Of a DNA stretch of 64,000 nt, positions 1 to 8,599 are shown piece by piece. Location: NCBI GenBank assembly GCA_036507075.1, contig DASXQR010000059.1:1-64000 (forward strand), given 5' to 3'. Below the pieces are notes generated by a model, which ran no database searches, was not told the DNA's origin, and saw only the letters and a list, made by a program, of their open reading frames with translations. Position 1 is the first letter of the stretch; the number at the start of each line of letters is the position of its first letter. Source of the DNA: Acidobacteriota bacterium. GTDB lineage: Bacteria > Acidobacteriota > UBA6911 > JACQSX01. The position numbers and the translations under genes are program-made.

Positions 1-438
1 AGGCTGATACGCTTTCGGAGGATGGTCGGGCTGTTTGCATTTTTTTACGGAGTGCTGCACTTCATCACTTATCTCTGGCTGGATAAGTTTTTTGATCTTC
101 GGGAAATCTTCAAAGATGTTTACAAACGGCCGTTCATTACCGCAGGTTTCGTCGGGTTCGTCCTGATGATTCCCCTGGCCCTGACATCCACGGCCGGCTG
201 GATCCGGCGGCTCGGTGGGCGAAGGTGGCAACTGCTGCATCGCCTGGTCTATGGGAGCGCCATTGCCGGGGTAGTGCATTACTACTGGCTGGTCAAATCC
301 GACATCACCAGCCCGCTGCTCTACGGAACGCTGGTGGCGCTGCTGCTGGGATATCGAGCGATCGCCTGGACTCTTCGGCATCGCCGTCGAGCAGTTTCGG
401 GCGCGGATGAAGAGCTGTCCACGGCTGAGAATGCATAA
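1..438 (+). CDS. msrQ: Heme-binding membrane subunit of the MsrPQ methionine-sulfoxide reductase (YedZ), 5'-partial
   Basis: Frame is open from base 1 (RLIRFRRMVGLFAFFY..LH). It has LALTS...WIRRLGGRRWQLLHRLVY..VVHYYW, the ferric-reductase-like TM motifs of YedZ. Confidence 0.88.
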   Translation, partial: RLIRFRRMVGLFAFFYGVLHFITYLWLDKFFDLREIFKDVYKRPFITAGFVGFVLMIPLALTSTAGWIRRLGGRRWQLLHRLVYGSAIAGVVHYYWLVKSDITSPLLYGTLVALLLGYRAIAWTLRHRRRAVSGADEELSTAENA

Positions 439-640
439 CCCTCTTTTTTTCCGTCTTTTGTAATAGTCCCTCGCCCTGCAGCGTCGTTATTCTCGGTTCC
501 TCGAAAAACGGCTATTTTAATGGGAAAGGGCTGTTTTGCCCGTTTCCCGAGGAACTTAGTACAAACGAAGCCCGTATAGTGACAGTGTCGGGAGGCTTAC
601 CTGTGCTCTCGTGTCTCTGTGGTGAAATCACCACAGAGGC

Positions 641-790
641 TTAGCGCGGCGAAGCCGCAACCAAAAGTCAAGGAGAGACGGCCTGAGGGCCGTCTCTCTG
701 CGGTGCCCTGCCAAGCTGAGACGGCCCTCAGGCTGTCTCTCCGCTTCCGAATAATTTGTGCAGGCCGCGAAAATTCTCATGGTTGGTAGT
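641..790 (+). mobile_element. 150-bp non-autonomous palindromic element inserted into a 9-mer repeat (copy 1)
   Basis: Near-identical reverse complement at 61818-61966. It starts ttagcgcggcgaagccgcaacc, contains gagagacggcctgagggccgtctc palindromes, and is flanked by caccacagaggc|acagaggacacag. Confidence 0.75.
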
Positions 791-813
791 ACAGAGGACA
801 CAGACACCAGCAG

Positions 814-2064
814 ATGAAAATACCGAAGATGTCAGCCTTCTATCTTGATGCCCTCAAGCTGGCCTTGCAGGCCATCTATGCGCACAAGCTCAGGGCGTTT
901 CTTACCTTGATCGGGATCATCGTCGGCGTGGCGTCGGTTGTAGTGGTAGGTGCATCTATCAGCGGGCTGAATGAGTTTGTCCTGGACAAGGTCTCAAAGC
1001 TTCTCGGTGTGAACCATTTCATGGTCGCCCGCATCGCCCACAACGGGCGAATGACTGAGGAACAGTGGGAGAAGATGAACCGTCGCAACAAGCGCCTTGA
1101 CTGGACCGATTTCCGATGGCTGGCTGAACAGTGCACCAACTGCAAGGAAGTGGGAGCTCAGGCGGACACCGGCATCGACCTGAAACAGGACGGCCAGGAC
1201 CTCTTCGGCACTCGGCTGGCGGGAGTGACGGCCAACATGGGCGAAATCGAGGACAAAACGATCGTTGAAGGGCGCTTCATCGCGCCGTTTGAAGTGGAAC
1301 ATGCCGCGCGCGTGTGTGTGATTGGGATGGACGTTCGCGAGAAGTTCTTTCACGGCGTCGATCCGATCGGCAAGGCGCTCAAGATTCGAGGAGAGGCCAT
1401 GACCGTTGTGGGAGTGGAGCAGAAGCGCGGTTCCATGCTGGGACAGTCGTTTGACCGGCACGCCTACATTCCACTGACCACCTTCCAGAAGATGTTCGGG
1501 CGCCGCCAGAGCCTGCAGTTGCACGGCAAGGCGAACACCCGCGCCGAGTTCCCCGGCGTGATCGATCAGGCGCGCGTGGCCATGCGAAATCGCCACAAAC
1601 TGAAAGGGAACCAGGAGGACGATTTCGGCTTGGTAAACGTGGATGAAGTGAACAATGATGTCGATCAGTTTACAGGGGCAATCGCGATGGTGGTTACCCC
1701 TATAACGCTGATCTCCCTGATCGTGGGCGGAATCGTGGTGATGAACATCATGCTGGTGAGCGTCACGGAGCGGACTTTTGAAATCGGATTGCGCAAGGCC
1801 GTGGGCGCCCGGCGGCGGCAGATCATGCTTCAGTTCTTGATTGAATCAGCGATGCTGTGCGCGCTCGGCGGGGTGCTGGGCCTGCTGACGGCCAGCGTAT
1901 TGTCCTGGATCGTGCGCGTCGCTACTCCTATTCCCATGTCCATCAGCATCGGGTACATCCTGCTTTCGCTGGTGGTGTCGGGCGGAATCGGAATATTGGC
2001 GGGAATTTATCCCGCCTTCAAAGCCGCGCGCCTGGATCCGATTGTCGCGCTCACGAAGAGCTGA
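814..2064 (+). CDS. MacB/FtsX-family ABC transporter permease
   Basis: [19 protein letters not shown]-terminal TM, large periplasmic domain, [29 protein letters not shown]-terminal [10 protein letters not shown]. True start may be ATG 829. Confidence 0.9.
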   Translation: MKIPKMSAFYLDALKLALQAIYAHKLRAFLTLIGIIVGVASVVVVGASISGLNEFVLDKVSKLLGVNHFMVARIAHNGRMTEEQWEKMNRRNKRLDWTDFRWLAEQCTNCKEVGAQADTGIDLKQDGQDLFGTRLAGVTANMGEIEDKTIVEGRFIAPFEVEHAARVCVIGMDVREKFFHGVDPIGKALKIRGEAMTVVGVEQKRGSMLGQSFDRHAYIPLTTFQKMFGRRQSLQLHGKANTRAEFPGVIDQARVAMRNRHKLKGNQEDDFGLVNVDEVNNDVDQFTGAIAMVVTPITLISLIVGGIVVMNIMLVSVTERTFEIGLRKAVGARRRQIMLQFLIESAMLCALGGVLGLLTASVLSWIVRVATPIPMSISIGYILLSLVVSGGIGILAGIYPAFKAARLDPIVALTKS

Positions 2065-2070
2065 GGGTTG

Positions 2071-2150
2071 AGCACGAATTTTCACGAATTTCACGAATTT
2101 TCACGAAATTGTTTTTGAAGGTTCATGGATTCGTGCCATTCGTTGGTTCT
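2071..2150. repeat. cacgaattt-type 9/10-mer tandem array with partial inverted counterpart
   Basis: agcacgaattttcacgaatttcacgaattttcacgaaatt ... attcgtgccattcgttg. Confidence 0.6.
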
Positions 2151-2152
2151 GA

Positions 2153-3475
2153 ATGAATACCGTAGAGATATACGATTCTGAATCAGCACCGATGCGCGCC
2201 GGGCTCGTTTCGCGTCTGCGGGATCGTGGGCGGAGATTTGTCCCAAAAGAGACGCTGGTGATGGCTTTTGACAATGTCCGCGGGCACAAGTTCAGGAGCT
2301 TCCTCACCGTGCTCGGCATCGTCATCGGTGTGGTGGTGGTGATCGTGATTGCGTCGATCCTGACAGGGATGCGCGACAACATGGTCCAGTTCATTGAGGA
2401 ATATGGAACCAACAACATCTTTGCCTTCCATCTCACCACCGGTCCAAGCCTCGGGCCGCGCGACCGGAGCGAATGGTCGCGCAAGCCCCTCAAACCCGAA
2501 GACGGCAAGGCGATCAGGGAACAGGCCAGCACGGTCGATGATGTGGCAAATCTCGGTTTCGTGTGGGGCATGGATCGAACGATTTCCTATCAGGGATTCA
2601 ATTACAAACAGGCGGAAATCAACGCCGTTTCCCCCAACTATGGCAGGATCACAAACCTGATGGTGCAGGAGGGCCGTTTCATCAACGAGAGCGATGAGGA
2701 GCATCGTCGCAACGTGATGGTCATCGGTGTTAACGTCGCCGACGCCATGTTCCCGCACAAAAGCATCGTGTCAGGTACCGAGGTGCGCCTGGGAGGCAGA
2801 CCTTTCGAGGTCATCGGTGTGCTGGAAAAACGCAAGGGCGGATTTCTGGGGGAAAACGAAGATGACAATGTGGTTCTGATCCCCTACGGCACAGGCCGCA
2901 AGATTGCGCCCCGCAACGATTTTCTGATGCTGGTTATCCGGGCAAAGCCGGGCAAGATACGCCAGGCGCTCGAGCAGGTGGAAGGAGTTCTGCGCCGCCA
3001 GCGGGGCGTCAAGTACAAGGATCCGAACAATTTTGATCTGAATACGGCGGACCGCTTCATCGAACAGTTCGACAAGATCACGGCTGCCGTCGGACTGATT
3101 GCAATCGCCATCTCAGGTGTCGGCCTGCTGGTGGGCGGAATCGGAGTGATGAATATCATGCTGGTCAGTGTGACCGAACGGACCCACGAGATCGGAATCC
3201 GCAAGGCCATCGGCGCCCGCCGCAAAGACATCGTGCATCAATTCCTGTTTGAAGCCATGATGCTGACATTCATGGGAGGGATCCTGGGTGTGCTTCTGGC
3301 GATCCTGATCAGTCGTATCATCATCTACTTTCTTCCCGATCTTCCGGCCTCGATCCCAATGTGGGCCGTGATTACGGGCTTGGTTGTCTCCATTGCCGTC
3401 GGTCTGGTGTTTGGAGTCTGGCCGGCAAGAAAAGCCTCGCGCCTCGACCCCATCGAGGCCCTTCGTTACGAGTAA
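2153..3475 (+). CDS. MacB/FtsX-family ABC transporter permease (second paralogue)
   Basis: [42 protein letters not shown], ends [13 protein letters not shown]. Start uncertain. Confidence 0.9.
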   Translation: MNTVEIYDSESAPMRAGLVSRLRDRGRRFVPKETLVMAFDNVRGHKFRSFLTVLGIVIGVVVVIVIASILTGMRDNMVQFIEEYGTNNIFAFHLTTGPSLGPRDRSEWSRKPLKPEDGKAIREQASTVDDVANLGFVWGMDRTISYQGFNYKQAEINAVSPNYGRITNLMVQEGRFINESDEEHRRNVMVIGVNVADAMFPHKSIVSGTEVRLGGRPFEVIGVLEKRKGGFLGENEDDNVVLIPYGTGRKIAPRNDFLMLVIRAKPGKIRQALEQVEGVLRRQRGVKYKDPNNFDLNTADRFIEQFDKITAAVGLIAIAISGVGLLVGGIGVMNIMLVSVTERTHEIGIRKAIGARRKDIVHQFLFEAMMLTFMGGILGVLLAILISRIIIYFLPDLPASIPMWAVITGLVVSIAVGLVFGVWPARKASRLDPIEALRYE

Positions 3476-3509
3476 CAGGGGGATAGAGGGATGGAGATAA
3501 AAAAGATGA

Positions 3510-3746
3510 AAAAAGTTTCGCGATTTCTATGTTGACGTGCTGCTGAGCGTGTTTGGAGAGCGCCTTCTCTTTCCGGCAGAGTTTCTCGGCCGCGGCGACA
3601 TGAGCCGCGGGGGCCTGATGCTGCGTTGCGCGCGCTCCGGCAGCGAGCTGACCTACGTCGCCGTCTCCGGCGCCGTCCGAAACGGACCCCGCCCGCCCAA
3701 GCTGGAACCCCTCGTGCGCCACCGCCCTGGAGCTGTTCTTGATTAA
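3510..3746 (+). pseudogene. Probable 3' remnant of a conserved hypothetical gene upstream of ligD-Pol
   Basis: Frame reads YVDVLLSVFGERLLFPAEFLGRGDMSRGGLMLRC..RPPKLEP with coding-like GC3. It has an in-frame TGA at 3507 and no convincing start or RBS. From memory it resembles the C-terminus of a longer hypothetical protein found near ligD genes. Confidence 0.45.
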
Positions 3747-3769
3747 GTCTGTGGTGGTTCAATAGGAGA

Positions 3770-4729
3770 GTGACCACCAAACCACCGATAAAGAGCTCTG
3801 CTCGATTCACCATTCCCCGCGAACGCGAGAACGTTGAGCTACGCATTGGCAACAAGACCGTTACGCTTACGAACCTGAACAAGCCTTTCTGGCCGAAGCT
3901 GGGTATCGCCAAAGGGGACTTGCTTCAGTATTACGCCGATATTGCGCCCGCTCTACTGCCTCATTTGCATGACCGCGCCATGGTGATGAAACGGTATCCG
4001 AACGGCGCCGATGGCGACTTTTTTTTCATGAAACGGGCGCCTTCACCGCGGCCCGAGTGGGTGCAAATCTGCCGCATTCCGCATGCTTCCGGCAATATTG
4101 TTGACTTTCCCGTGATTCAGGACCTGGCCTCGCTGTTGTGGGTGGTGAACCTGGGATGCATCGACCTGAATCCCTGGTATGCGCGCTGCGACGATTTCAA
4201 CCGACCCGATTTTTTGCACTTCGACCTGGATCCTGTGCCCGGCGCAGGGTTCGGGAAAGTGCTGGAAACAGCTCGTATCGTCCATGCCGGGCTGGATGCT
4301 TTGAAAATGCCCGGCTTCGCAAAGACCACCGGCTCAAAGGGGATTCACGTCTACATCCCGATTGTTCGCGGCCCGCTGCAAAAGCAGGTATGGACATTCG
4401 CAAAAAGTTTTGCGCAAAGCCTGGCTCAACTTCATCCGTCTCTGATTACCGCCGAGTACAGAATCGAAAAAAGGCCGCGCGGTCGAGTGCTGGTCGATTA
4501 CAACCAGAACGCATGGGGACGAACGCTGGCGTCCGTTTACTCGGTGCGGCCGAAACCGAAAGCCACCGTATCGACGCCTGTCACCTGGAAGGAAGTCGAT
4601 CGCGGATTCAAAATGGAAGACTTTCGCATCGACAACGTGCCCGCCAGAGTTCAAAAACAGGGAGATCTGTGGGCCCCGCTGCTGGCCAAAAAGGCAAGAT
4701 TCAAACTGGAAAAGCTGCTGGCGGTTTAA
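3770..4729 (+). CDS. ligD: Stand-alone LigD polymerase (AEP primase-polymerase) domain protein
   Basis: LTNLNKPFWP, KGDLLQYY, MKRYPNG, FFMKRAP, FDLDP, KTTGSKGIHVY, VDYNQNAWGRTLASVYSVRP, VSTPVTW. RBS aggaga precedes the GTG. Confidence 0.9.
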   Translation: MTTKPPIKSSARFTIPRERENVELRIGNKTVTLTNLNKPFWPKLGIAKGDLLQYYADIAPALLPHLHDRAMVMKRYPNGADGDFFFMKRAPSPRPEWVQICRIPHASGNIVDFPVIQDLASLLWVVNLGCIDLNPWYARCDDFNRPDFLHFDLDPVPGAGFGKVLETARIVHAGLDALKMPGFAKTTGSKGIHVYIPIVRGPLQKQVWTFAKSFAQSLAQLHPSLITAEYRIEKRPRGRVLVDYNQNAWGRTLASVYSVRPKPKATVSTPVTWKEVDRGFKMEDFRIDNVPARVQKQGDLWAPLLAKKARFKLEKLLAV

Positions 4730-4817
4730 ATAGCCAGATTCCCTCGGCCGTGCGAGCTTTGAAGGTATAGAATCGAAACCCCGGCCACGCGCCGGTTTTT
4801 CACAAGCGGTCACAGCG

Positions 4818-5855
4818 ATGGTGTTTAGAAAGAAGCGTCTGACGGAAATGGTTTCCTGCGCAGGTTGAGCGGCAAAGCTGCCGCCCAAGGCGCTGGCCCA
4901 GGTTCTGAGTCAGTTGAATGTCCCCAGATCGAAGGATGTCATCGCGGGCTTCGAAAACTCCGAAGACGCAGCCGTTTACCGCCTGAACGAGCGAGAAGCG
5001 ATTCTGCACACCATCGACGTGATAACACCTCTGGTGGATGATGCGCATAGTTTCGGTCGAATCGCCGCCGCGAACTCATTGAGCGACATCTACGCCATGG
5101 GCGGAATGCCCCTTACCGCGCTTTCCTTTGTGGGATACCCCAAAAAGGGAGATCTGGAACTGCTGCGGCAGATTCTGGCAGGAGGGATAGACATGCTGCA
5201 GAACGCGGGATGCTTTCTGGTAGGCGGTCACACGGTTGCAGATGAAGAGTTGAAGATTGGATTTGCCGTCACCGGTCGCGTGGAAATCTCAAGCCTGAAA
5301 CGAAACTGTACCGCGCGAGAAGGCGACTCGCTGGTGCTGACAAAACCTGTCGGGACCGGAGTGATCGCGACTGCAATCAAGCAGGGGAACGCCCCGGATC
5401 CAGTGATCGCAAACGCCATCCGCTGGATGACCGAACTGAATCGCGATGCCGCAGAACTGATGGTTCAAAACAACGCCAGCGCCGCGACCGACATCACCGG
5501 ATTTGGTCTCCTCGGACATGCCATGGAAATGGCCAAGGGCAGCGCCGTGACGATAGAAATTGACGCCGGCGCGGTGCCGCTGCTGGACGGCTCTTTCGAG
5601 CTGGCCATCAAGTCGGTCCCAGGCGGAACTTCGGCAAATCGCGAGTATGTCAGCGATTCAATCAGCATCGAATCAAACCTCAGTACACCGCTGCTCAATC
5701 TGCTTTTCGATCCTCAAACATCGGGAGGGCTTCTTGTCTCTTTGAGCGACCGGGATGTCACTGGCTTTGTGCAGCAGATGGAGTCTCGCGGCAGGATGGC
5801 GCGCATCATAGGCAGGGTGCGTCCCTACGAGGGATTCGCGCTCAGACTGGTTTGA
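4818..5855 (+). CDS. selD: Selenide, water dikinase (selenophosphate synthetase), selenocysteine-containing (TGA 4866-4868 = Sec17)
   Basis: ATG 4818 gives MVFRKKRLTEMVSCAG-TGA-AAKL in frame with the 4914 ORF. U17/K20 match SelD Cys17/Lys20. Other motifs: EDAAVY, FGRIAAANSLSDIYAMGG, GGHT, TDITGFGLLGH, DPQTSGGLL. Confidence 0.93.
4869..4913 (+). promoter_or_regulatory. Candidate bacterial SECIS hairpin(s) downstream of the selD UGA
   Basis: gcggca-aagc-tgccgc (4869-4884) and ctggcccag-gtt-ctgagtcag (4893-4913, with one G-U pair and one mismatch). Confidence 0.55.
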
Positions 5856-5879
5856 ACATTGTCAAAAGCGGGCACCTTT

Positions 5880-6070
5880 CAATGCGGAATGTGGAATGCG
5901 GAATGCGGAATAGGGAGCTGATCGGGTCCCAGCGTCTTGCTTCCAAATGCGGAATGCGGAATCGGAGGTCATTGGGTCTCAGCGTCGAAAGACTTAACTT
6001 TGATTTATTCCTCAAATCATCTTCCCCATTCATCCATTCCGCATTCCACATTCAGCATTCCGCATTTGGA
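5880..6070. repeat. Inverted pair of heptamer arrays (aatgcgg)n ... (cattccg)n
   Basis: aatgcggaatgtggaatgcggaatgcggaat ... cattccgcattccacattcagcattccgcattt. Confidence 0.85.
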
Positions 6071-6144
6071 AGTAGGTAGAGAATCCTGCCAGACACTGCG
6101 GGTTTGCACCCCTTCCCTCGCTGGGCTAGAATTATAGATTACCC

Positions 6145-7131
6145 ATGTTGAAGGATTCGTACGGGAGAGAAATCCACGACCTGCGCGTTTCGGTCACTGA
6201 CCGATGCAACTACTCGTGTTTTTACTGTAAGACACCGCAGGATTCGTTGCTCAAAAAACGCAAGGATGAAATCCTCACCTACGAAGAAATCGTAAGAGTC
6301 ACGCGCCTCTTGGCCGGCCTGGGAGTGCGAAAAGTCAGGCTTACCGGGGGCGAACCGCTGTTGCGAGCCGGTCTGGATCAGCTCGTGGCGCAAATCTCTT
6401 GCATATCCGGAGTGGCCGACCTGGCATTGACTACCAACGGTCACCTGCTCGGTTCGATGGCTCGCAGGCTCTACGACGCCGGCTTGCATCGCCTTACCGT
6501 CAGCCTCGACTCGCTGCGATCAGATCGATTCGCCCGTATTACCGATTCCAATTCTTTATCGCGCGTGCTGCAGGGACTGCAAGCCGCCAAAAACGCCGGG
6601 TTCAGCAGAATCAAGATCAATGCAGTCATTATCCGGGGCATCAACGATGACGAGCTGGTCGAGTTTATACGCTGGGCTCGCGCCGAGGGGCATGTCATGC
6701 GATTCATCGAATTCATGCCCCTGGACTCCCGGCACGAATGGGGGCGCGACAAGGTCGTCACTGCTTCTGAAATGCTGGCCGCGATTATGCCGCACGAAAA
6801 GCTGATTCCCTCGGTGCGAAACTATGCTTCTGAAACGGCGCTGAAGTTTACTTTCGCCGACGGGCAAGGCGAAGCGGGAATCATAGCTCCCGTCTCCAGG
6901 CCGTTTTGCGGCCAGTGCAGCCGTTTGAGACTGACAGCGGACGGTAAACTGAGGACCTGCCTTTTCAGCCACGTCGAGCACGATCTGGCAGGCAGGCTTC
7001 GCCGAGGCGATTCCGATGATGCGCTCTCGGAATACGTGCGACAGGTCGTCCACTTGAAGGAAGAACGCCATCACATCAATGATCCCGACTTTGTGCAGCC
7101 TGCCCGGACAATGTCGTTTATCGGGGGCTAG
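6145..7131 (+). CDS. moaA: GTP 3',8-cyclase (molybdenum cofactor biosynthesis radical SAM)
   Basis: DLRVSVTDRCNYSCFYC, RLTGGEPLLR, RFIEFMP, FCGQCSRLRLTADGKLRTCLF, C-terminal MSFIGG. Confidence 0.96.
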   Translation: MLKDSYGREIHDLRVSVTDRCNYSCFYCKTPQDSLLKKRKDEILTYEEIVRVTRLLAGLGVRKVRLTGGEPLLRAGLDQLVAQISCISGVADLALTTNGHLLGSMARRLYDAGLHRLTVSLDSLRSDRFARITDSNSLSRVLQGLQAAKNAGFSRIKINAVIIRGINDDELVEFIRWARAEGHVMRFIEFMPLDSRHEWGRDKVVTASEMLAAIMPHEKLIPSVRNYASETALKFTFADGQGEAGIIAPVSRPFCGQCSRLRLTADGKLRTCLFSHVEHDLAGRLRRGDSDDALSEYVRQVVHLKEERHHINDPDFVQPARTMSFIGG

Positions 7132-7319
7132 AGTGGGATGGCGGGATAGAGGGATGGAGGGGTATTTAGCGCTGGCCTTTGACCTTGTTTTTTTCAACTA
7201 TTTAGCAAGGGAGGGATCTTAATTTGAGGAGTGGTTTGGAAACCACAAAGGCACAAAGTCGGGCTTGGTGTCTTGGTGGTTTTTAATGGATTGCTGAGAA
7301 CGGGGAACCAAGAATTCAG

Positions 7320-8405
7320 ATGAGCACTGCAGCCACTTGCTCGGTCAATTTTGCGCAGAATGATCCTGGCGTGGAATCAAAGATTGCCGCGTTGAAGGAG
7401 TCGCTTGGCCGGCGTGTATTCATTTTGGGACACCACTACCAGCGCGACGACGTAATTCAGTTTGCCGATGCGCGCGGTGATTCCTTCAAGCTTTCACAAC
7501 TGGCCGCCAGCCGAGGCGAAGCTGAATACATCGTCTTCTGCGGCGTCCACTTCATGGCTGAAAGCGCCGATATCCTCAGCCAACCCCAGCAGCAGGTGAT
7601 ACTGCCGGACCTGGCTGCTGGATGTTCGATGGCCGATATGGCCGACATCGACCAGGTGGAAGAGTGTTGGGAGTTTTTGCAGAGTTCAGGCACGAAAAAC
7701 CTCGTGCCGGTCACCTACATGAATTCCACTGCCGCCATTAAGGCTTTCTGCGGTGAGAAGGGCGGCGCCGTTTGTACGTCAAGCAACGCGCCGGCGATCT
7801 TCAAATGGGCTTACAAACAGGGACAGACTATCCTGTTCCTTCCCGACCAGCACCTCGGCAGAAATACCGGATTCAAGATGGGGATTCCTCTGGACCGCAT
7901 GGTGCTATGGGATCCGAACGAAGAGAACGGCGGAATCGACGGCGATAAACCCGGCGCTTCCCCGCTTGTTCTATGGAAGGGCCATTGCTCGGTGCATGGC
8001 CGCTTCAGCCCGGCGCACGTGGACACGGTGCGCGCCACTTTCCCCGGGATTCAAGTGATCGTTCATCCCGAGTGCCTGTGGGAAGTTGCGCAGAAGGCCG
8101 ATTATGTGGGATCGACCGAATACATCATCAAAACCATCAATGAAAGCCAGGCTGGCAGCAAGTGGGCCGTGGGTACGGAAATCCATCTGGTCAACCGGCT
8201 CGCCAAAAGCCATCCGGATAAGACCGTCGTTACTCTGGACAACCATGGCTGTTTGTGTACCACTATGTTCCGCATCGCGCCAAAGCACCTTCATTGGGTG
8301 CTCGACAACCTCGATCAGGGAAATATCGTAAACCGCATCAAAGTCGACGAGACTGTCAAGCACTGGGCCGGCGTGGCCCTGGACCGAATGCTGGCAATCG
8401 CGTGA
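7320..8405 (+). CDS. nadA: Quinolinate synthase
   Basis: ILGHHYQRDDVIQFAD..GDSFKLS, FCGVHFMAESADIL, AGCSMADMA, TYMNSTA, CTSSNA, WKGHCSVH, VHPEC, GTEIHLV, CLCTTM. Confidence 0.96.
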   Translation: MSTAATCSVNFAQNDPGVESKIAALKESLGRRVFILGHHYQRDDVIQFADARGDSFKLSQLAASRGEAEYIVFCGVHFMAESADILSQPQQQVILPDLAAGCSMADMADIDQVEECWEFLQSSGTKNLVPVTYMNSTAAIKAFCGEKGGAVCTSSNAPAIFKWAYKQGQTILFLPDQHLGRNTGFKMGIPLDRMVLWDPNEENGGIDGDKPGASPLVLWKGHCSVHGRFSPAHVDTVRATFPGIQVIVHPECLWEVAQKADYVGSTEYIIKTINESQAGSKWAVGTEIHLVNRLAKSHPDKTVVTLDNHGCLCTTMFRIAPKHLHWVLDNLDQGNIVNRIKVDETVKHWAGVALDRMLAIA

Positions 8406-8406
8406 G

Positions 8407-8596
8407 AGTCCGTTGTCAGTGGTCCGTTGTCAGTAGTCAGTTGTCAGTAGTCCGTTGTCAGTGGTCCGTTGTCAGTTGTCCGTTTCCGTTCTAGTCCGTT
8501 GTCCGTTGTTACTCCTGATGACTGGTATTGGAAGAACCACCGGCAACGGACTACTGACCACTGACCACTGACAACGGACAACGGACAACGGACTAA
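8407..8596. repeat. Inverted pair of heptamer arrays (gttgtca/gtccgtt)n ... (acaacgg/actgacc)n
   Basis: gtccgttgtcagtggtccgttgtcagtagtcagttgtcag ... actgaccactgaccactgacaacggacaacggacaacggac, between the convergent nadA and TonB genes. Confidence 0.85.
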
Positions 8597-8599
8597 GTA

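Noticed and set aside
5842..6137. Short ORFs rich in MRNAECG / IPHSAF / CQWSVV / AACCLL (also near 8255, 18456, 20929, 45680-46189, 58267-58855, 63621)
   Set aside because: They are translations of the heptamer arrays, which lack stops in some frames. There is no other coding evidence.
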